A stretch of DNA of 64,000 nt from Clostridia bacterium (GTDB lineage Bacteria > Bacillota > Clostridia > Christensenellales > UBA1242): the NCBI GenBank assembly GCA_045588915.1, contig JAZNFA010000002.1, positions 12,878 through 76,877 of the forward strand. Reading direction: 5' to 3'. Shown here one piece after another: positions 60,115-64,000 of this stretch (the stretch's first letter is position 1; each line of letters begins with the position of its first letter). The notes under the pieces were generated by a model. The model saw nothing but the letters and a program-made list of their open reading frames with translations. It was not told where the DNA came from and ran no database searches. A program made the position numbers and the translations under genes.

Positions 60115-60633
60115 ATGGTGGAAAATCATCAATTTGTCAATACGGAAAGTGGTGTACATTTTTGTACTTTTTGTGGAGCAAAAATGGAGACAACAGATGA
60201 TATTTGTATGAAGTGTGGTTGTCGTCGTAAAAATTCTCCAAATACACGGATGAATGTGAATAGGGGATTACAAGTTGCGGCAGCTGTTTTTATGGTGTTG
60301 TCTTGTGTTTCTGTTGTTTTGTGTAGTTTGACTTTGTTGGGTGTGTTGCTGGTTGTTAATAATCTCTCGTCGTTGGTTACAGTTATGTTTGTGCCAAATT
60401 ATACTGATATAATATTACCTGGTTATTTTTGGTTGATTGCCTTAATACCTTTAGTTGCTTTACTTTGGGTTGTTCCGATGACGGTCTACTATTTCAAATC
60501 AATGAAGAAAAAAGAACCGGTTGGAATGGCTTTTAAAGTTTGTACTTTAATTTTTGTAAATGTTATTCCAGGTGTTTTAATGTTGTGTGATACTACTAAG
60601 GCAAATATAACTGAAACAAAGGAGTTAAAATGA
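60115..60633 (+). CDS. Zinc-ribbon membrane protein (paralog 1)
   Basis: 172 aa. CTFCG...CMKCGC ribbon, several TM helices, conserved C-terminal block MTVYYFKS...FKVCTLIFVNVIPGVLMLCDT. SD context ACAAAGGAGTAAAAATG. Confidence 0.65.
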   Translation: MVENHQFVNTESGVHFCTFCGAKMETTDDICMKCGCRRKNSPNTRMNVNRGLQVAAAVFMVLSCVSVVLCSLTLLGVLLVVNNLSSLVTVMFVPNYTDIILPGYFWLIALIPLVALLWVVPMTVYYFKSMKKKEPVGMAFKVCTLIFVNVIPGVLMLCDTTKANITETKELK

Positions 60634-61196
60634 AGTATTGTGAATACTGTGGCAAACAATTGATTGATAGTTCGGTAACTTGTTCTGGTTGTGGTTCGCC
60701 TGTTCCTGTAGTTTTGGTAGATGAACAAAACACAGTTCCAACTTCGTTTGTAAAATATTGTGCTTATTGTGGAAATCAGTTATTAAAGGAAGCCGTAATG
60801 TGTCCAAAGTGTGGTAAGGCTGTTGACGACAAAAAGGTTGCTGTTGCGAATGCTGAAAAGGGGCGCATCTTAAAATTGGTTGTTAAAATTTTGATGTTGG
60901 TTGCGATTGGCAGCTGTGTGGTGAATTTATTAGAAACAATGTTTACTACGCCAACGTGGTTTGTTATCAATATTGCACAATTTGAAATTTCATACAAATT
61001 ATTTATATATTCAATCCCTTTGTTTTGGCAGATTCCAATGACTGTTCATTATTTCAAAGTGACCAAGCAAAATCAACCAATTAAAATTGGTTTTAAAGTT
61101 TGTACATTAATTTTTGTTAACTTTGTTGCCGGTATTTTAATGTTGTGTGATACCGACAATCAAACGACTGTGCAAAAAAATAATGAAACGAGATAA
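60630..61196 (+). CDS. Double zinc-ribbon membrane protein (paralog 2)
   Basis: 188 aa. Two CxxC-x-CxxC ribbons, TM helices, block MTVHYFKV...FKVCTLIFVNFVAGILMLCDT. ATGA overlap with paralog 1. SD context ACAAAGGAGTTAAAATG. Confidence 0.65.
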   Translation: MKYCEYCGKQLIDSSVTCSGCGSPVPVVLVDEQNTVPTSFVKYCAYCGNQLLKEAVMCPKCGKAVDDKKVAVANAEKGRILKLVVKILMLVAIGSCVVNLLETMFTTPTWFVINIAQFEISYKLFIYSIPLFWQIPMTVHYFKVTKQNQPIKIGFKVCTLIFVNFVAGILMLCDTDNQTTVQKNNETR

Positions 61197-61211
61197 ATTA
61201 TCTCGTTTTTT
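61186..61211. terminator. Bidirectional terminator between convergent genes
   Basis: AAACGAGATA-aat-TATCTCGTTT followed by a T-run. Includes both stop codons. Confidence 0.7.
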
Positions 61212-61416
61212 AAAGATTATCATTGAGTAATTCATCAACAGTTACGTGGAGTAGTGTACTCAGTTTTCGAAGCATTTCAATGTTAGGCTCGGTGCGACCT
61301 TGTTCCCAGTTTGCGTAGCAACTTTCGACAACCCCCAAGTGTTGGGCAATTTGTTTTTGTGTTAATTCATTTTCTAAACGTACACTCTTTAAATTTTTAC
61401 AAAATTGTAAATCCAT
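61210..61416 (-). CDS. XRE-family helix-turn-helix transcriptional regulator
   Basis: 68 aa from ATG 61416. LTQKQIAQHLGVVESCYANWEQGRTEPNIEMLRKLSTLL is a classic HTH_3 pattern. Confidence 0.8.
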   Translation of the reverse strand: MDLQFCKNLKSVRLENELTQKQIAQHLGVVESCYANWEQGRTEPNIEMLRKLSTLLHVTVDELLNDNL

Positions 61417-61513
61417 AGCATTAGTTTTTGCCAAACTACACAAAATGTCTTGCCACTAGACAAAATATCTAGTACACTGTGTGTGTTTCTTTTACAAAAG
61501 AAGAGGAGGAGTA

Positions 61514-62173
61514 ATGTCTGAGAAAAAAAGAATTGTATTTTATAGAATTATATTTTTAACTATAATTTTAGTGTCATTTTTTTTACCAAGTATATTAACT
61601 CCTGATGAGTCGGATTTGGAATTGCTTGATAGTAATGTGATAATTGAAGACTACTCGGATTACTTTGATGAATCTACTGTATCAATTGAGCTTGCATTTA
61701 ACTATGAAATTAATTCGGGGTATGTAACTATTGCTTATTATGACCAATTTGAAAATTTATTAGAAATAGAAGAAACTTATTGTTATTCATTGGGGGAATA
61801 TGCAGAAAGTTATGTACTACGTATAAATGGGGCTGTTGATTCTTTTGAGATTATTGACTATGATTTTGATCCGGTTAATTATTTTACATTTATGTATTTG
61901 TTTTTAATTCTTGCAATCCCATTATTTATTGATTCTCTATTTTTATCATATAAAGAGTATTTCTATAATGGAATAAAAATATCTGTTTATGCAGGTTTTT
62001 TCCATCATACTTTACGAATTAATGGTATCAAACAAGATGAACATAGTGCCTTCTTTTTCATCAAAATATTTTTATCTACAAGTTTGGATGGGGAAACACT
62101 AGTTGAAGCGAAGATAACATCTTTTAATAGAATCGTAGTAAAAGTAAATGGTAAGATGATAAGAAGCAATTAA
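61514..62173 (+). CDS. Hypothetical membrane protein, divergent from the XRE regulator
   Basis: ATG 61514 after GGAGGAG. Two or three TM helices. No motif recognised. Confidence 0.6.
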   Translation: MSEKKRIVFYRIIFLTIILVSFFLPSILTPDESDLELLDSNVIIEDYSDYFDESTVSIELAFNYEINSGYVTIAYYDQFENLLEIEETYCYSLGEYAESYVLRINGAVDSFEIIDYDFDPVNYFTFMYLFLILAIPLFIDSLFLSYKEYFYNGIKISVYAGFFHHTLRINGIKQDEHSAFFFIKIFLSTSLDGETLVEAKITSFNRIVVKVNGKMIRSN

Positions 62174-62637
62174 TTGATATAATTGATTTTAGTGTCTAAG
62201 GTATTAAAGTCTTTGTCGAAGACAACTTCGCAATTGAAGTGTTTGCCTTTGAGAATTTCGGGAAACCAGATTTTATCGGCTGAGAACATTTTTTCGTAAG
62301 GTATTTTGTCAATTTCATACCAAAACGGCCGCATCTCCTCAGTTTCGATAATTTTACCTTCGTATTCCGATGCAACAAAAACTGTTGTAACTTCGGTTTC
62401 TTTGCTTTCAAAGCCTCCAAATCTAAAAGTAATTGTTGCCAGGTGTTGGCAGTTCAGTGGGGTAACGCCAATTTCTTCTTGCGTTTCGCGAATCATTGCT
62501 TGTTCAACTGTTTCGCCTTTTTCTAATTTGCCACCGATTCCGTTAATTTTACCAACACCAAAGCCACGTTTTTTTTCGGCTAATAAAATTTTGTTATCTT
62601 GGATAATGTATAATAATGTTGTTTCTTTCGTACTCAT
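62170..62637 (-). CDS. Nudix hydrolase (MutT/8-oxo-dGTPase-like)
   Basis: Start moved to ATG 62637 (MSTKETTLLYII). Nudix box GGKLEKGETVEQAMIRETQEEIGV. Confidence 0.8.
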   Translation of the reverse strand: MSTKETTLLYIIQDNKILLAEKKRGFGVGKINGIGGKLEKGETVEQAMIRETQEEIGVTPLNCQHLATITFRFGGFESKETEVTTVFVASEYEGKIIETEEMRPFWYEIDKIPYEKMFSADKIWFPEILKGKHFNCEVVFDKDFNTLDTKINYIN

Positions 62638-62677
62638 TATTTGAATTGTAAAACAAATTGTCGCAATTGCCAAATGG

Positions 62678-63532
62678 TTAATCATGTTGATGAAATTTTT
62701 GCAAAAGTAATGCTGCTGTAATAGGGCGTGCTTGTAGACGTGATAGTCCGTTAAGTTGATTGGAATTGATGATTAAACCATCTTCTTCGTAGGCGTGTGC
62801 GCCTTTTTCAAGAATATCGACCGCGAATAAATTATTTTTTACTGTTAAAAATTTGCGTAATTTATTTTTTGAAATCCATTCAACGGTGTGTTCGTCACTT
62901 TCTTTGGTAGATAAAACTTCGCTTTGGTTATCGTTAAGATGTCCAAAAACTATATGCAAAGTTGCATGGCGATTAACACCTTTATAATCGGCATAGAATT
63001 CGTTGAGTAACATGATTGGGTATACACTATCAATGGTGACGTGAGTATAGCCGGTTTCTTCGCGTACTTCACGGATGACGGCTTCTTGTGGAGTTTCATT
63101 GTTTTCACGTCCACCAAGAACAAAAGAACGACAAATACGATGTCGTGAGTTAACGCAAAGATATCTGTCTTCTTGCCAATGTTTGATAACAGCGATGACA
63201 CTTTGGCGTTTTTGAATAGGAAGTTCGGGGCGAAATTTTTGTTTACCTGTACCCTGAAAAAGGGGAGTGACGACTTGTTGTATTGGTAAATGATGTTTTA
63301 AGGCAATATCAAAATGGCTTTGAATGTGTGCTGGAATTAAAAAATAAGCATGCTTGATTGATGATAGGATGGTTATGGTCGGTAGTTCTTCGTGAGTTAA
63401 AGGATGCAAAACCTGACCTTGTACAGGAAAAGGGACTATCACAGCGGTAGCCCCATAAATCAACTCTGGATACTTAATTGTACAAGTGAAAGTTTTCCCT
63501 GTCGTTGTTTCTACTTTGATGTTCATTAGCAT
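62678..63532 (-). CDS. Two-domain protein: unknown N-terminal domain plus C-terminal Nudix hydrolase
   Basis: 284 aa. Nudix box LGGRENNETPQEAVIREVREETGY in the C-terminal half. Confidence 0.7.
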   Translation of the reverse strand: MLMNIKVETTTGKTFTCTIKYPELIYGATAVIVPFPVQGQVLHPLTHEELPTITILSSIKHAYFLIPAHIQSHFDIALKHHLPIQQVVTPLFQGTGKQKFRPELPIQKRQSVIAVIKHWQEDRYLCVNSRHRICRSFVLGGRENNETPQEAVIREVREETGYTHVTIDSVYPIMLLNEFYADYKGVNRHATLHIVFGHLNDNQSEVLSTKESDEHTVEWISKNKLRKFLTVKNNLFAVDILEKGAHAYEEDGLIINSNQLNGLSRLQARPITAALLLQKFHQHD

Positions 63533-63568
63533 AATGTAACATGGTTTGTATTAGCAAGGAAACTTTTT

Positions 63569-64000
63569 TTAACTAAACAATGCTTGAAAGGTATTAGGGC
63601 CGGCAATGCCGTCAGCTGGAAGTCCGTTTGCTGTTTGAAATGCACGAACTTGGTTGGCAGTGTTGTTACCAAAAATACTATCGAGTGCTGTTGGAAAGCC
63701 TTTTACGTAAAGTGCCGATTGTAATATCCAAACCAAATTACCACGACTGCCTTGGGCAATATTGCGAATTGCTGATTTGGTGCGTGAGCCAAAAATACCG
63801 TCAATAGTTAATCCTGAACCATAAGTTAAGTTTAATTCAGTTTGTAAAGCTCGGATTAGGGCTTTTTGTGATTGTGGTCCCCAAATTCCATCGACTGTCA
63901 AGCCTGCGCCGTAGCGAGCATTGAGTGTGGATTGAATATTACGAATAGTTTGATTACCGGTATTTGCCGGTGGAGTGTTGTTTTCTGGTGGTGTATTGTC
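63569..64000 (-). CDS. Peptidoglycan-binding (PG_binding_1) repeat protein, 3' part only (continues past right edge)
   Basis: The frame stays open to position 64000 (...DNTPPENNTPPANTGNQTIRNIQSTLNARYGAGLTVDGIWGP...). It holds three repeats of the L-x-V-DG-I-[FW]-G-x-x-T pattern. The track start (TTG 63901) is internal. Confidence 0.75.
   Translation of the reverse strand, partial: DNTPPENNTPPANTGNQTIRNIQSTLNARYGAGLTVDGIWGPQSQKALIRALQTELNLTYGSGLTIDGIFGSRTKSAIRNIAQGSRGNLVWILQSALYVKGFPTALDSIFGNNTANQVRAFQTANGLPADGIAGPNTFQALFS

Noticed and set aside
1-64000. An alternative genetic code (UGA as Trp, as in Mollicutes-like low-GC genomes)
   Set aside because: TGA terminates well-supported genes: the nucleoside phosphorylase at 5757, the viperin-like gene at 54771 and the 170-aa gene at 174. 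Conserved proteins (PheS/T, NusA, TadA) read correctly with the standard code.

Overview
Low-GC bacterial chromosome segment using the standard code: TGA is a stop at 174-176, 5757-5759 and 54771-54773. The layout looks Bacillota-like, with rimP-nusA-ylxR, recD2-pheS-pheT, tadA, ssrA, three tRNAs with encoded CCA, a UgtP-like glycosyltransferase and a peptidoglycan-binding protein. About 48% of the window (30.7 of 64 kb) is three genes for membrane-tethered surface proteins of about 890, 2,622 and 6,730 aa. The 20.2-kb gene carries 11 degenerate units of 200-265 aa from an unrecognised module, followed by GLUG-type beta-helix modules. The two largest genes share a near-identical promoter and 5' leader. 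An orphan VirD4/TraG-type coupling ATPase sits directly upstream of the first. Two CPBP proteases, an MBL hydrolase, a beta-helix membrane protein and two paralogous lipoproteins are interleaved with them. I rate this 0-42.5 kb locus the best candidate for an undescribed surface-assembly or export system. The second candidate is an AT-rich, apparently leaderless two-gene cassette next to tRNA-Met and tRNA-Leu: a viperin-like radical SAM enzyme translationally coupled to a Nudix hydrolase (54018-55201). Other points of note are a divergent DAC-like protein coupled to pheT and an M19-M14 peptidase fusion abutting tmRNA. A 20-nt exact inverted repeat lies in the 3' trailers of ssrA and of a 37-codon sORF. 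Several genes have a -10 box only 5-8 nt from the start codon. Every functional call rests on motifs read by eye from the translations; no database search was possible.
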